Virus record (IMG/VR): IMGVR_UViG_3300034008_000044
Span: 1 to 48,339 of that record
Reading direction: 5' to 3' (one strand)
DNA length: 48,339 bases
Origin: a virus
Lineage: Duplodnaviria > Caudoviricetes
Shown piece by piece: positions 34,496 to 43,916 of the stretch (position 1 is the first letter of the stretch; every line of letters starts with the position of its first letter). The notes beneath the pieces are model-generated. The model was not told the origin of the DNA, did not search any database, and saw only the letters and a program-made list of their open reading frames with translations. Made by a program: the position numbers and the translations under genes.

Positions 34496-36657
34496 TGAGT
34501 GCTATATCCTTTATACATAAGAACCTGGCAGTCACCAACCTGCAGGACACGTCAGTGGTCACGTCCGACATTGATGGTATATCCAGCAGTCCGGAGCGGA
34601 ACGTGGAAACCGTAAAGATAGCCAGGCGTGACGGCGAATCACCGATATCATCAGACTATAAAAAGCGGCCCATCACCCTGAGCGGCCGGATCCATGCCGA
34701 CACCTCGACGCTGCTGCGGACCAAGCTGGATGTCATCAAGCGTGACGTCGCCGGGCGTGGCACCCTGGTGGTCCAGATAGATGGCTCGACAGCCCGCCGC
34801 TATACTGTCGAGGTCATCAATTTTATCGTCAACGAGCAGGTCTATAACCTCACCTGGGTACCGTACACCCTGGTCATGGAAGCCATGGACAGCCCTTTCG
34901 GTGAGGAAGAAACATCACTGGTTCTCTACACTATCGACGCCAACAGCTCAAACATATCGCAGAACAGCGCCATCGACGGCAGCGCCGAGCCGAACGTGGA
35001 CATGCAGCTCATGGTCGGCACTCCAGGAACGCTCCAGGCAATCGAGATCCAGAACATCACCACCAACACAGCCCTGGAAATAGCCAGGACTTTCGACCCG
35101 AACGATGTCATCCAGGTAAAGACCGGACAGCAGTATGTCGGTCTGAACGGGTCGCCCGTAAAGTTCGACGGCAACGTGGTCCGCTTTGATACCGGACCCA
35201 ATGACTGGCGTATCAACTTCCGGACCACTGACAGTTTCATCCTGGCGGTCGAGCAAAAGATCCAGAACAGTGAGCGCTATGTATTCGGCACCATCCGCCT
35301 GGCTCAGTCTTTCAGCCTGTCCGCCACCACCATCATCGCCCAGGTCGACGTGATGCTCAGCAAGCTGGGCAACCCGCCCAATGCCAGGGTCGCCATCCAG
35401 AACGACAAGGGCCTGCCGACACCTGAGCCAAATGGTACTGATATCATTGGCGCCGCAGTCACGGCTCCGGTCAGTGAATCAGCCAGCTTTGTACCTGTCA
35501 CCTTTTCCACGTCTGCCGAGCTGACTGCCGGACTGTACTGGATAGTCGTCACGGTCGGCGACAACACGTCTGCAGGCGGCGGTGATATCAATAATGGATA
35601 CTACTGGAAAGGCAGCACCCAAGGCCCCTATGCTGCACCGAATAATGCCAGCCGCCGATCCGGAGTGTCGACGCCCTGGGTACCTGACACGGGATATGAC
35701 CACGCTTTCCGCATCTTCAAGTGGCAGGTCGGCGACACCCTCAGCGATACCAGTGAGAACACCATCACCGAAAACTTTGACACCACTACATATAAGGACG
35801 TCGCAAACACCAGCGCCGCCTGGTCCGGCTTTGGTGGCCTGTCTATCGTGGACAACAAGGGCGCCAACTTTGCGCAGTCACTATCCTATCTGACCACCAC
35901 CCGCCTGGTGGCTGCTGAGGTCATGGTCCAGGCGTCTGATCTGCCGAAGTCTGGAACCATCAGCTATGCTATGCGGCCCAATGCTACCGCTCCATTTACG
36001 ACGATAGCAAAGAACACCTGGCATCCTTTCACGGCTGCGGACATGTCGAACCTGCTCAACGGTGCCATGCAGTTCCAGGTGATGCTGTCCACCTTTAGCG
36101 GCAATCAAGACAACTGGCCGTTCGTCGACTGGCTCAGCATGGCATACAAGCCTGCAGCGATCACGGGCGGCGATGACCAGCTGGCTCAGAGTTTCATGGT
36201 CGGAGTGACTGGATACTCACTCGGATCCATGGACATGATGCTCAAAAAGCTCGGCACCATCAGCGGCAACGTGACACTGGAGATCCAGGCCGACAGTGCA
36301 GGGGCGCCCAGCGGTACACCTATCACCAACGGCTCGGCGACCATACCGGGCAGCAGTATCCCGTCATCGTTCAGCTGGGTCGGCGCCGTGTTCGCCAGCG
36401 CTCCAGCCCTGACTGCCAATACTAAATACTGGATAGTCCTGAAACCTGCCGCATCATTCGGCTCGGACAACTTCCTGCTATGGCGGGCCAGCGGCAACAG
36501 CCTGGTCAGTGGTCAGCAGTATAAATATAAGATAGGCGCCGCAGCCTGGAGTGACAGCACGGTCACCACCTATGACCTGCTATACCGAGCCAAAAAGGGA
36601 TCCGGAACGGGCTTCACCGTCGACATCGACGTGACGTATAAAAAACGATGGAAATAA
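34495..36657 (+). CDS. Enlarged distal tail (Dit) protein with inserted beta domains
   Basis: Follows TMP; Dit-like N-terminus; two LAQSF..YWIV domains; Dit-like end YKKRWK. Confidence 0.75.
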   Translation: MSAISFIHKNLAVTNLQDTSVVTSDIDGISSSPERNVETVKIARRDGESPISSDYKKRPITLSGRIHADTSTLLRTKLDVIKRDVAGRGTLVVQIDGSTARRYTVEVINFIVNEQVYNLTWVPYTLVMEAMDSPFGEEETSLVLYTIDANSSNISQNSAIDGSAEPNVDMQLMVGTPGTLQAIEIQNITTNTALEIARTFDPNDVIQVKTGQQYVGLNGSPVKFDGNVVRFDTGPNDWRINFRTTDSFILAVEQKIQNSERYVFGTIRLAQSFSLSATTIIAQVDVMLSKLGNPPNARVAIQNDKGLPTPEPNGTDIIGAAVTAPVSESASFVPVTFSTSAELTAGLYWIVVTVGDNTSAGGGDINNGYYWKGSTQGPYAAPNNASRRSGVSTPWVPDTGYDHAFRIFKWQVGDTLSDTSENTITENFDTTTYKDVANTSAAWSGFGGLSIVDNKGANFAQSLSYLTTTRLVAAEVMVQASDLPKSGTISYAMRPNATAPFTTIAKNTWHPFTAADMSNLLNGAMQFQVMLSTFSGNQDNWPFVDWLSMAYKPAAITGGDDQLAQSFMVGVTGYSLGSMDMMLKKLGTISGNVTLEIQADSAGAPSGTPITNGSATIPGSSIPSSFSWVGAVFASAPALTANTKYWIVLKPAASFGSDNFLLWRASGNSLVSGQQYKYKIGAAAWSDSTVTTYDLLYRAKKGSGTGFTVDIDVTYKKRWK

Positions 36658-37835
36658 GAAAGACCACCACTGTCCGGTTCTATGACTATGCTGGTACCTT
36701 TATCGGCATATATAAAGACGCCACTGTCGGCTCATTCCGCAAGATCATCAATGGCGGGCTGGGTGATCTGACCATCGACCTGGCGATGACGTTCGCCCAG
36801 GCATATGAAAGCCAATACACCGTGCTGTTCAACCGGGTCGAGGTGGTGGTGACTGATGCCGAAACGCCGCCAGGCGGGGTCATCATATACTCCGGGTTCG
36901 TGTTCGAACGATATCCGACGATGGACGGCTCGGAGCAAAAGGTCGTGCTGACCTGCCGGGGCCATGCTGCCCGGTTCGCCTACCTGCCGCTGAAAGCCAG
37001 CACCACCACTGTCGTCGTGACCGATACCACCAATGGACTGAACGTCACCAACCCGACCGCCGCCACCCTCAACAAGGTCCTGAGCCATATCATCGCCCTC
37101 TACCGCCAGGAGAGCGTCCACCCTATCATCAACACCACGGCGACCTCAGTGGAAACCACCACCCGGACCTGGACGTATCGGCTCAAAACAAAGACCATCC
37201 AGTACGCCATCGAAAAGCTGATGGAGAACGCCCCGGCTGGAGCATACTGGCGGGTCGGCGCCGACAACATATTCTACTACCGCCAGCGGTCCACCACTCC
37301 GGATCATATCCTGACCCTGGGCGCTCACATCACTGCCATCCAGGACCGTCAGACGCTCGACGGCCTGGTCAACCGGTTCCACTTCTCATATAATGGAGCG
37401 CCGCCAGGACAGGCCAAAGTGTACCAGGACACTCCATCAAGCTCGATCTATGGCGACTGGTGGGCGTTCAAGGTGGATGGCCGCTATAGTGTCCAGGGTG
37501 AGGTGGACAATGTCGGCACCAGTGCCATCGCTGCCAGGAAGACGCCGCCCCGCCGGACCATCATCACGGTGGCAGATAATAACGGCGACCGGAACATCGG
37601 CTATGATATCGAGCGCTTTGAGCCGGGTGATACACTCAGCATCCTGAACCTGCCGCTGGCTGCGCAGCAAAACTTCCCGGCCATGTTCCAGATAGTCGCT
37701 GTCCAGTATTCGCTGGGCCAGGCAGTGCTGGAGCTGGACACGCCTGACGATGACCTGGCCCGTGAGTTCGCCAAAGCTGAGCGTGAGGAACAGGGTGATG
37801 ATACTGAAAATGTTCCCAACACCTATACCATATAA
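36648..37835 (+). CDS. Baseplate hub/Tal-like tail protein
   Basis: Follows Dit; IYSGFV..LTCRG and FEPGDTL patterns. Confidence 0.7.
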   Translation: MEIRKTTTVRFYDYAGTFIGIYKDATVGSFRKIINGGLGDLTIDLAMTFAQAYESQYTVLFNRVEVVVTDAETPPGGVIIYSGFVFERYPTMDGSEQKVVLTCRGHAARFAYLPLKASTTTVVVTDTTNGLNVTNPTAATLNKVLSHIIALYRQESVHPIINTTATSVETTTRTWTYRLKTKTIQYAIEKLMENAPAGAYWRVGADNIFYYRQRSTTPDHILTLGAHITAIQDRQTLDGLVNRFHFSYNGAPPGQAKVYQDTPSSSIYGDWWAFKVDGRYSVQGEVDNVGTSAIAARKTPPRRTIITVADNNGDRNIGYDIERFEPGDTLSILNLPLAAQQNFPAMFQIVAVQYSLGQAVLELDTPDDDLAREFAKAEREEQGDDTENVPNTYTI

Positions 37836-37870
37836 GCAATACCATGATAATATAAGCGTAAGGACAACAA

Positions 37871-39415
37871 ATGCCAGACATCTCAACCTTTCGAAACAAA
37901 TGGATCAACAGCCGGGTGGACTATGACCGGGTCTATGCATACCAGTGCGTCGACCTGATCCTGCAGTATATATATGAACTCTATGGCCTGCCCTCTGGCG
38001 TCCGTGGCAACGCCATCGACTACTGGACAAAGCCCAGCGCTGCGCTGCTCACAAAGTTCGACAAGGTCCAGACATCCGATGCCCAGGCTGGTGACATCGT
38101 GGTCCTGAACGGCCTGAAAGGAAACCCATACGGTCACATCGGCATCGCTACCGGACACAAGGATGCGAGCCAGGTCGAGATCCTGGAGCAAAACGGCAGC
38201 AGTGGCAACGGCTCAGGCCAGGGCGGTGATGCTGTCCGGGTCCGCATGATAGCCCGCAGCCGCATCGCCGGGTGCCTGCGACCCAAGGCGTCAGCACCTA
38301 CTGTCACACCAGTCGCCGCTCCAGCTCCGACGCAGAACGTGGTCCACCTGCCCAAGCATGTAAAGACCTGGGCGCTTTATCATATCGGCACCGCCCTCAG
38401 GAAAGGCACCACCGATCAGAAAGCCACTATCTGCCCGGCCGAGTTCGGCGGACTGACATATCCCATCGTGGCATGGGTCGGCGACTATGGCGTCGTTATC
38501 GATACTCAGATGTTCGGACGTGGCGTCATATGGGTCAAGGGTACCGATGCGCAGTTCTACAGCCGCCAGCAAGTCGGTGGCCTGGGCGCTGATGCAGCAG
38601 CATCCGTGTACCTCTATGAGCGCCTGGCGAACCCGCTGAACGTCATCACCAACCGAGATGATGCAGAACTATGGGATCTGACTACTACCGACGCCGAGGG
38701 CAACGGTGTCCGGCCACTGGTATCGCTACCGAAAGGCACTCCGTTCACTGCTGTCGGCAAGGCCACCAACCAGCTGGATCCGGATCATCCAGTCTACTAT
38801 ATGAGCAACGAAAGCTTTGGCGACGCTGATGTCAGCGGCAAGCCGACGCATGACCAGGGCGTCAAGACCACTGACCTGGCACCTGGACAGGCACCTGCTC
38901 CAGCTCCGACACCGCCAGCAGCTCCATACGTTCCTGAGCTGCCCGCAGTCGACGGTGACAAGATACAGGTGAAAGTCCTGGCTCCAAACCCTGATGCCTG
39001 GAAGTCCACGTTCAAGACCAATATGGCGGGTGACTATGTAGCAAAGTCCGCCACCATCATCCATGACCTGGAAGATGACGTCACCAAGCGGGTCGCAGAT
39101 CTGCCACTGGTCCAGGGCGCTCCGGTCGAGGTCGCTGGTACGTTCGAGAAGAACGACATCAAGTATTACCGGACGGTCCGCAGTGCTGAGGGCTGGGTCG
39201 ACAAAGATGGCGTGGCTCATCCACCAAACTGGCGTGGCATACCCATCGAATGCCTGGATGAGGATGACAGCGTATTCACATATCAGGATGATGACATCGA
39301 CGGTTTCAAGGACCTGAAAGGCGACGTCACCGCCCGGCGGAAAGCAATCAAAGTGGCCGCAGCTGCGGATGGCAAGGCGCTCCAGCTGCTCGACCGATTT
39401 AAGAAAAGGAAATAG
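37871..39415 (+). CDS. CHAP-domain endolysin with a long C-terminal region
   Basis: QCVDL..GNA..YGHIGI..LEQNG. Confidence 0.88.
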   Translation: MPDISTFRNKWINSRVDYDRVYAYQCVDLILQYIYELYGLPSGVRGNAIDYWTKPSAALLTKFDKVQTSDAQAGDIVVLNGLKGNPYGHIGIATGHKDASQVEILEQNGSSGNGSGQGGDAVRVRMIARSRIAGCLRPKASAPTVTPVAAPAPTQNVVHLPKHVKTWALYHIGTALRKGTTDQKATICPAEFGGLTYPIVAWVGDYGVVIDTQMFGRGVIWVKGTDAQFYSRQQVGGLGADAAASVYLYERLANPLNVITNRDDAELWDLTTTDAEGNGVRPLVSLPKGTPFTAVGKATNQLDPDHPVYYMSNESFGDADVSGKPTHDQGVKTTDLAPGQAPAPAPTPPAAPYVPELPAVDGDKIQVKVLAPNPDAWKSTFKTNMAGDYVAKSATIIHDLEDDVTKRVADLPLVQGAPVEVAGTFEKNDIKYYRTVRSAEGWVDKDGVAHPPNWRGIPIECLDEDDSVFTYQDDDIDGFKDLKGDVTARRKAIKVAAAADGKALQLLDRFKKRK

Positions 39416-39417
39416 GT

Positions 39418-39819
39418 ATGAACACATTTCTAGTTATTTATCAAGCAGTACCGACCGAACTCTGGATAGGTCTATTCGGCGGCGGCTTTACCACCTGGGT
39501 GGTCCAGCGTCTAAAGCGTTTGCTCGGCATCGATAAGGCCAAGCTACTCATCCATATACTATCCAGCACGGTCGCCGTCCTGCTGGTCGCCGTGCCTGCC
39601 ATCCTGCAGAACCCGCTGCCGCTGGGCATCGCTGCCGAGTATGCATCCTATATATACGGCGCCGCCAACATACTGTATGCGGTCGCCAAGGTATCCCGTG
39701 GGTTCCTGGGTGATGTCCAGGCTGAGGTGGCAAAGCATCACGCCCAGGCCGCTCCGACTGAGCAGCTAGTTCCGGCAGTTGCACCAGCATCCACCCCCGT
39801 GCCACAATATGAGGGATAG
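39418..39819 (+). CDS. Putative holin
   Basis: About three TM segments; follows the endolysin. Confidence 0.65.
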   Translation: MNTFLVIYQAVPTELWIGLFGGGFTTWVVQRLKRLLGIDKAKLLIHILSSTVAVLLVAVPAILQNPLPLGIAAEYASYIYGAANILYAVAKVSRGFLGDVQAEVAKHHAQAAPTEQLVPAVAPASTPVPQYEG

Positions 39820-40443
39820 ATGGGCGGAGTATTCAGAAACCAGACAGTAACGAAAGGGCGCCCGGTGCGCTCTTTTCAGTCCAGCCGACAGCAGCGGTAC
39901 CTGAAAGAACACGCCGACAGTGACCGCCCCCGGAACGTAAAGCACGAACAGAACATCCAGATAGATCTCAGCATATGGATCCGGGATACGCTGCCCGGCG
40001 TCCACTTCCACAGCGACACCGCATCCGGCGCCTACAATAGCGAATGGGAAAAGGCCGAGCATAATAAGCAGCAGTCTGATGTCGGACTGCCGGACATGAC
40101 TATCTATGCAGCCCGGCGTGGATATCACGGCCTGCTCATCGAATTAAAAAAAGACGGCGAGCGTCTGAAGATGAGCCGCAACGGTACCAAGATCCGGGTC
40201 AAGCGCAAGCGGGTGCCGTTCAGTGCCAAGTATCCGACTGGCTGGAAGATCATCGAGCGTGATTATAAAATACGGATGAAAGACGATTGGGTGGATCTGC
40301 ATACTGAAATCCAGGCAAAGCGCCATGAGGAACTGCGGCGTGATGGATACTGCGCTGAGTTCGCTGTCGGCCTGGCTCATGCGCAAAAGCTCATATGCTG
40401 GTATTTTGACATCCCGTATGTTGAAAACACCCAGCTGTTCTAA
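39820..40443 (+). CDS. VRR-NUC-like PD-(D/E)xK nuclease/resolvase
   Basis: EQNIQ..GLPDM..GYHGLLIELKK..Q..LRRDGY. Confidence 0.8.
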   Translation: MGGVFRNQTVTKGRPVRSFQSSRQQRYLKEHADSDRPRNVKHEQNIQIDLSIWIRDTLPGVHFHSDTASGAYNSEWEKAEHNKQQSDVGLPDMTIYAARRGYHGLLIELKKDGERLKMSRNGTKIRVKRKRVPFSAKYPTGWKIIERDYKIRMKDDWVDLHTEIQAKRHEELRRDGYCAEFAVGLAHAQKLICWYFDIPYVENTQLF

Positions 40444-40550
40444 TGTTAGATATTTTGCGACATAGGCATTTGACACCTGGTATGGTGTCAGTATGGTCTA
40501 CAGAAACATACAAAACCGCCGACTGGCCCCGTGGAAACGGACGCCGCAGA

Positions 40551-40775
40551 TCAGCGCCCGTGACGCTTACTATTACGCCTGACCCGCTCACGCTCAGCCA
40601 GGAACTCGGACCACTCATCATCCGATAGGCGGGCGTGTTTTCCTATATGCCGGAATAGCCAGCGGCAGCCGGACAAGACTTGCGTCACCATCCACTTGCC
40701 GACATAGCTGCGGACGCCATAAAAGAATGTTCCAGCCAGGAATATCAATATCTGCTCGATGACCAGGGCGCTCAT
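40551..40775 (-). CDS. Small TM protein
   Basis: N-terminal hydrophobic segment and basic tail; ATGA coupling. Confidence 0.6.
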   Translation of the reverse strand: MSALVIEQILIFLAGTFFYGVRSYVGKWMVTQVLSGCRWLFRHIGKHARLSDDEWSEFLAERERVRRNSKRHGR

Positions 40776-41161
40776 AGTCCATTGACTTTCAGGTTAAGGA
40801 TGGGCTTGCCTTTGGGCGGGTCGACAGTTTTGCGCTTGAACTTTGGATGGTTGCGGAAGTCTACATGACCGCTGTTCTCATCCGGCGCCTGGATATCCGC
40901 CTGCCCGTCGACTGCGGTGAGCCGATCATATTCAGCCAATGCATCCTGCCACTGCTGCAGTTCACCAGACAACTCATCGACACGCTCAGCGATTTCTTCC
41001 CGGCTGATTGGGGCGGTGTCGGTCGCCCTTTGTATGTTTCCATATTTATCTCTGTATATTATTATTTTTTCCATGGTCCTGCTTTCTGATGCTGAGATAT
41101 GGCGAAGTAGGCTATCGATGACAGCCTGGTCCGCATCATGCTCATCAAAAAAGTTAGACAT
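40772..41161 (-). CDS. Hypothetical coiled-coil protein
   Basis: ORF track. Confidence 0.65.
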   Translation of the reverse strand: MSNFFDEHDADQAVIDSLLRHISASESRTMEKIIIYRDKYGNIQRATDTAPISREEIAERVDELSGELQQWQDALAEYDRLTAVDGQADIQAPDENSGHVDFRNHPKFKRKTVDPPKGKPILNLKVNGL

Positions 41162-41188
41162 AAGCGCATTATAGCTTATGCTGCTAGG

Positions 41189-41491
41189 CTAGAGTTTGAC
41201 TTCCTGACATGCAGGGGTTGGAACGGTGCGCTTTTGGATGGCGGTCATGCGAGCGGTGACCGTATCGTAATAGGCGACCTGGGCGTCGCAGCTGCCATTC
41301 ACCCGGTCGATGGCGTCAGTGATGCGCTGTTCCCGCATCCGGGCTTCCCTGGCTTTTGTCGCATCGGCGGCAGCCTGCTCGGTGGCGATCCTGGTTTCCT
41401 CACGATGCCATGACTGGCTGACTGCGACGCCTGATCCAAAGATGACCAGGGCGCTGACGGCTCCGATGATTACGTTGCGGGATACTTTCAT
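41189..41491 (-). CDS. Membrane-anchored coiled-coil protein
   Basis: N-terminal TM, coiled coil, two Cys. Confidence 0.7.
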   Translation of the reverse strand: MKVSRNVIIGAVSALVIFGSGVAVSQSWHREETRIATEQAAADATKAREARMREQRITDAIDRVNGSCDAQVAYYDTVTARMTAIQKRTVPTPACQEVKL

Positions 41492-41556
41492 TTGACGCTC
41501 CAGACGGCGAGCCTGTCGCCGATTATTATTAGTGCATTTGCTATTCTTGTACGCAT
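41488..41556 (-). CDS. 22-aa microprotein
   Basis: Follows AAGGATCTCAC and an extended -10 (TGaTATAAT); MRTRIANALIIIGDRLAVWSVK; ATGA-coupled to the next gene. Confidence 0.5.
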   Translation of the reverse strand: MRTRIANALIIIGDRLAVWSVK

Positions 41557-41593
41557 AGGTGAGATCCTTGTTTGTTTTTTATATACGCTGACA

Positions 41594-41815
41594 TTATATC
41601 ACGGTAGTGCTTATATTTACAGCGACAGGCGGACGCTCATGCAGCGAGCAATACAGCGGCTCATCCCGCCACTCTTTCAGCCTGCGGACCAGGTCGAGCC
41701 GGATGACCCCTGGCTGGGGGTCCGGCTCGAACATGTCTATCGTTTCAGGGAAGTCACGCTTGACGCTGCACCACTCCCTGCAGTCAGCGCATCGGCCATG
41801 TCGAGTGACTACCAT
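41594..41815 (-). CDS. Small Cys-rich hypothetical protein
   Basis: CADC..CSLH. Confidence 0.5.
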   Translation of the reverse strand: MVVTRHGRCADCREWCSVKRDFPETIDMFEPDPQPGVIRLDLVRRLKEWRDEPLYCSLHERPPVAVNISTTVI

Positions 41816-41816
41816 A

Positions 41817-42368
41817 TCAGCCGCCGTAATTCAGGCCCGTGATGCGGACCTCGATACCCTTTAGTTTATCTTCCAGGGGGCTGATGTAGGTGGTCCAGTC
41901 GGACGTGTTTTTGACATAGGCCAGGGTGATATGCGGCTTGTACTGCGGGAACGTATCGATATGCGGCAGCAGTCTGAGCCTGGCATTGGCATCAGCCAGG
42001 GCGTCACTGACCTGCAGACCCGCCACCAGGGTGACATAGTTCTCGCCTGGGTCGTTGCTATAGAAGAACTCCACCCGCTCGATGGTCACCCGGTCCAGGA
42101 CCACGCCATCCAGGACGGCGTCGACGTGCTTTTGCAGCTCCGGTCCGGACCGCATCAGGCCATACAGCAGTGTGACGTGCGGCACTTTCTCGGACACTAT
42201 GCCCTGGATCCACTGATGCCGATCCGGGTCGGCATAGTACAGCGCATCTTCCGGGATCACGTCATGGACCACTATCGGCTCAGTGTCAGCCATGATGCAG
42301 CCCAGGCGCCCGGTATCGATACCGAGGTCCTGATATACCTGCGGGAAATTGCTTGCTGTTGCGCTCAT
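41817..42368 (-). CDS. 2H phosphoesterase, Acb1/T4 57B-like
   Basis: Two HxT motifs: PHVTLLYGL and YKPHITLAY. Confidence 0.8.
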   Translation of the reverse strand: MSATASNFPQVYQDLGIDTGRLGCIMADTEPIVVHDVIPEDALYYADPDRHQWIQGIVSEKVPHVTLLYGLMRSGPELQKHVDAVLDGVVLDRVTIERVEFFYSNDPGENYVTLVAGLQVSDALADANARLRLLPHIDTFPQYKPHITLAYVKNTSDWTTYISPLEDKLKGIEVRITGLNYGG

Positions 42369-42601
42369 GACGACACCCCCTTGATTAGATATAGATATTG
42401 CTGGCGGATGCCATAGTTGCGGGTGAGCAGATTGTCCGGCTCACCCCCTGCCACCCGTTTGACCCTGGATGCCATGTCATAGGCGCCCCGGTCGCCGGAT
42501 ATCTCGATGGGTCCAATATCCTCCAGCTCATCGATGAGCCGCTTGACTGAGGTGGTCCGGTTGATACGCTGCCAGATCTCCAGCTCATCCGATGCGCTCA
42601 T
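42365..42601 (-). CDS. Hypothetical protein
   Basis: ATGA coupling; LTRNYGIRQQ. Confidence 0.65.
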   Translation of the reverse strand: MSASDELEIWQRINRTTSVKRLIDELEDIGPIEISGDRGAYDMASRVKRVAGGEPDNLLTRNYGIRQQYLYLIKGVSS

Positions 42602-43080
42602 CGTTTCCTCCTTGCCAGGATAGCGTCGAGCTTTGCGTTGGTGGCTTCGGCTGCCCGCTTAGCGGCGCCTGCATCCTCACGGGCCTGGGCAGCGTCACGT
42701 TTCAGCTGCTCCTGCTCGGAGTGCTTGAACGCATCGTTGTCGACCACTGCCCGCTTGGTCAGCAGTGTGGTGATGAGCGGGATGATGAGCAGCAGGGTTA
42801 TCGCCATCAGCAGGATCGCCACCACCCGGCCGCCTGCAGTCTGCGGATACATGTCGCCATAGCCGACAGTGAACAGGGTGACAGTCGCCCACCATAGGCT
42901 TTCCATGATGCCCTTGCCCTCGAAGTATGAGTAGGCGATGGCAGCCAGGACGGTGAGCAGCGCCAGGTATGTATAGAGTTCCTTGAACGTGTCGACCTTT
43001 GCCAGTAGGTAGGTCTGCAGCCTTTGGGATGCGGTCTTGGATGAGTGGTGTTCGTGATAGCCCGGAGTGTCTGATTTCAT
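42598..43080 (-). CDS. 2TM potassium channel (KcsA-like)
   Basis: TM1, pore helix WWATVTLF, filter TVGYGD, TM2. Confidence 0.92.
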   Translation of the reverse strand: MKSDTPGYHEHHSSKTASQRLQTYLLAKVDTFKELYTYLALLTVLAAIAYSYFEGKGIMESLWWATVTLFTVGYGDMYPQTAGGRVVAILLMAITLLLIIPLITTLLTKRAVVDNDAFKHSEQEQLKRDAAQAREDAGAAKRAAEATNAKLDAILARRKR

Positions 43081-43331
43081 TGTGAGATCCTTTCGTATAG
43101 TTGCTTAAAGTCATCCGGTCCGCATGGATATATATCGTCATCGGTCCGTTTGATTATGTAGTCACCGACATGAGCCTGGACAGTTCCGGCTGGTGTATCG
43201 ACCTCCAGCACGGTCATGTATGGAGTCTTATGCACCACTCCGTCGGACCACTCTATGATTTCATCAGCGTTGTCGGTGAACTGGATGGCCTGGACATCGC
43301 TGACCTTGCGGCGATAGGTATGGGCAGGCAT
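43077..43331 (-). CDS. Conserved phage hypothetical protein (YRKK..GDYII..YPC family)
   Basis: YRRK..VQAIQF..GDYII..YPC..F..YE. Confidence 0.75.
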   Translation of the reverse strand: MPAHTYRRKVSDVQAIQFTDNADEIIEWSDGVVHKTPYMTVLEVDTPAGTVQAHVGDYIIKRTDDDIYPCGPDDFKQLYERISQ

Positions 43332-43897
43332 TAGAGTTTCAGCTCCACGCCCTTGGCGGCTCCAGTTTCGGACTTGAACAGCTGCGCTTTATCGAAACCG
43401 AATATGCCAGCAAACATGCTCTTAGGGAAACTTGTGATGTTGTTATTGTAGTTGGTGACGGTGTCATTGTATCCATCCCGGACGCCAGATATATCCTTTT
43501 CCTGGGCCTGCAGGCTGTCCATGAGTGACTGGACCTGCTGGTTCGATTTCAGATCCGGATAGGCTTCCTGGAGCCGTGGAACGATGTTTATACTTTCGAT
43601 GCTGGTGGCTGCGGCAGCCTTGGCGTCGGTAGTGGTGGCGTTGTTGTACTGGCTCCGGGCGGCAGCGATGTCACCGAACACTTTGATCTCCTGGCCCTGG
43701 GCGCTTTTGACTGCGACCGCCAGGTTGTCGATGGTATCCAGGCGACGCTGATACTGAGTTTCGACCTTACTCCAGGAATTATCCACGGCGTTTTTGCTGC
43801 GGACCAGGCTGTTATAGTTGCCGACAAACCACAGGAACAGGAACGCTATGGATGCCAGTATGATGGCCGTGATGATGGCGGGCTTTGATAGTTTCAT
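43331..43897 (-). CDS. lemA: LemA family protein
   Basis: TM then YNSLV..WSKVETQYQRR..EAYPDLKSN..FP. Confidence 0.9.
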   Translation of the reverse strand: MKLSKPAIITAIILASIAFLFLWFVGNYNSLVRSKNAVDNSWSKVETQYQRRLDTIDNLAVAVKSAQGQEIKVFGDIAAARSQYNNATTTDAKAAAATSIESINIVPRLQEAYPDLKSNQQVQSLMDSLQAQEKDISGVRDGYNDTVTNYNNNITSFPKSMFAGIFGFDKAQLFKSETGAAKGVELKL

Positions 43898-43916
43898 GGA
43901 ACACTCCTTATATTAT

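Noticed and set aside
12540-39427. Numerous long minus-strand ORFs opposite structural genes
   Set aside because: They are shadow ORFs of GC-rich codon bias, with no RBS or motifs.
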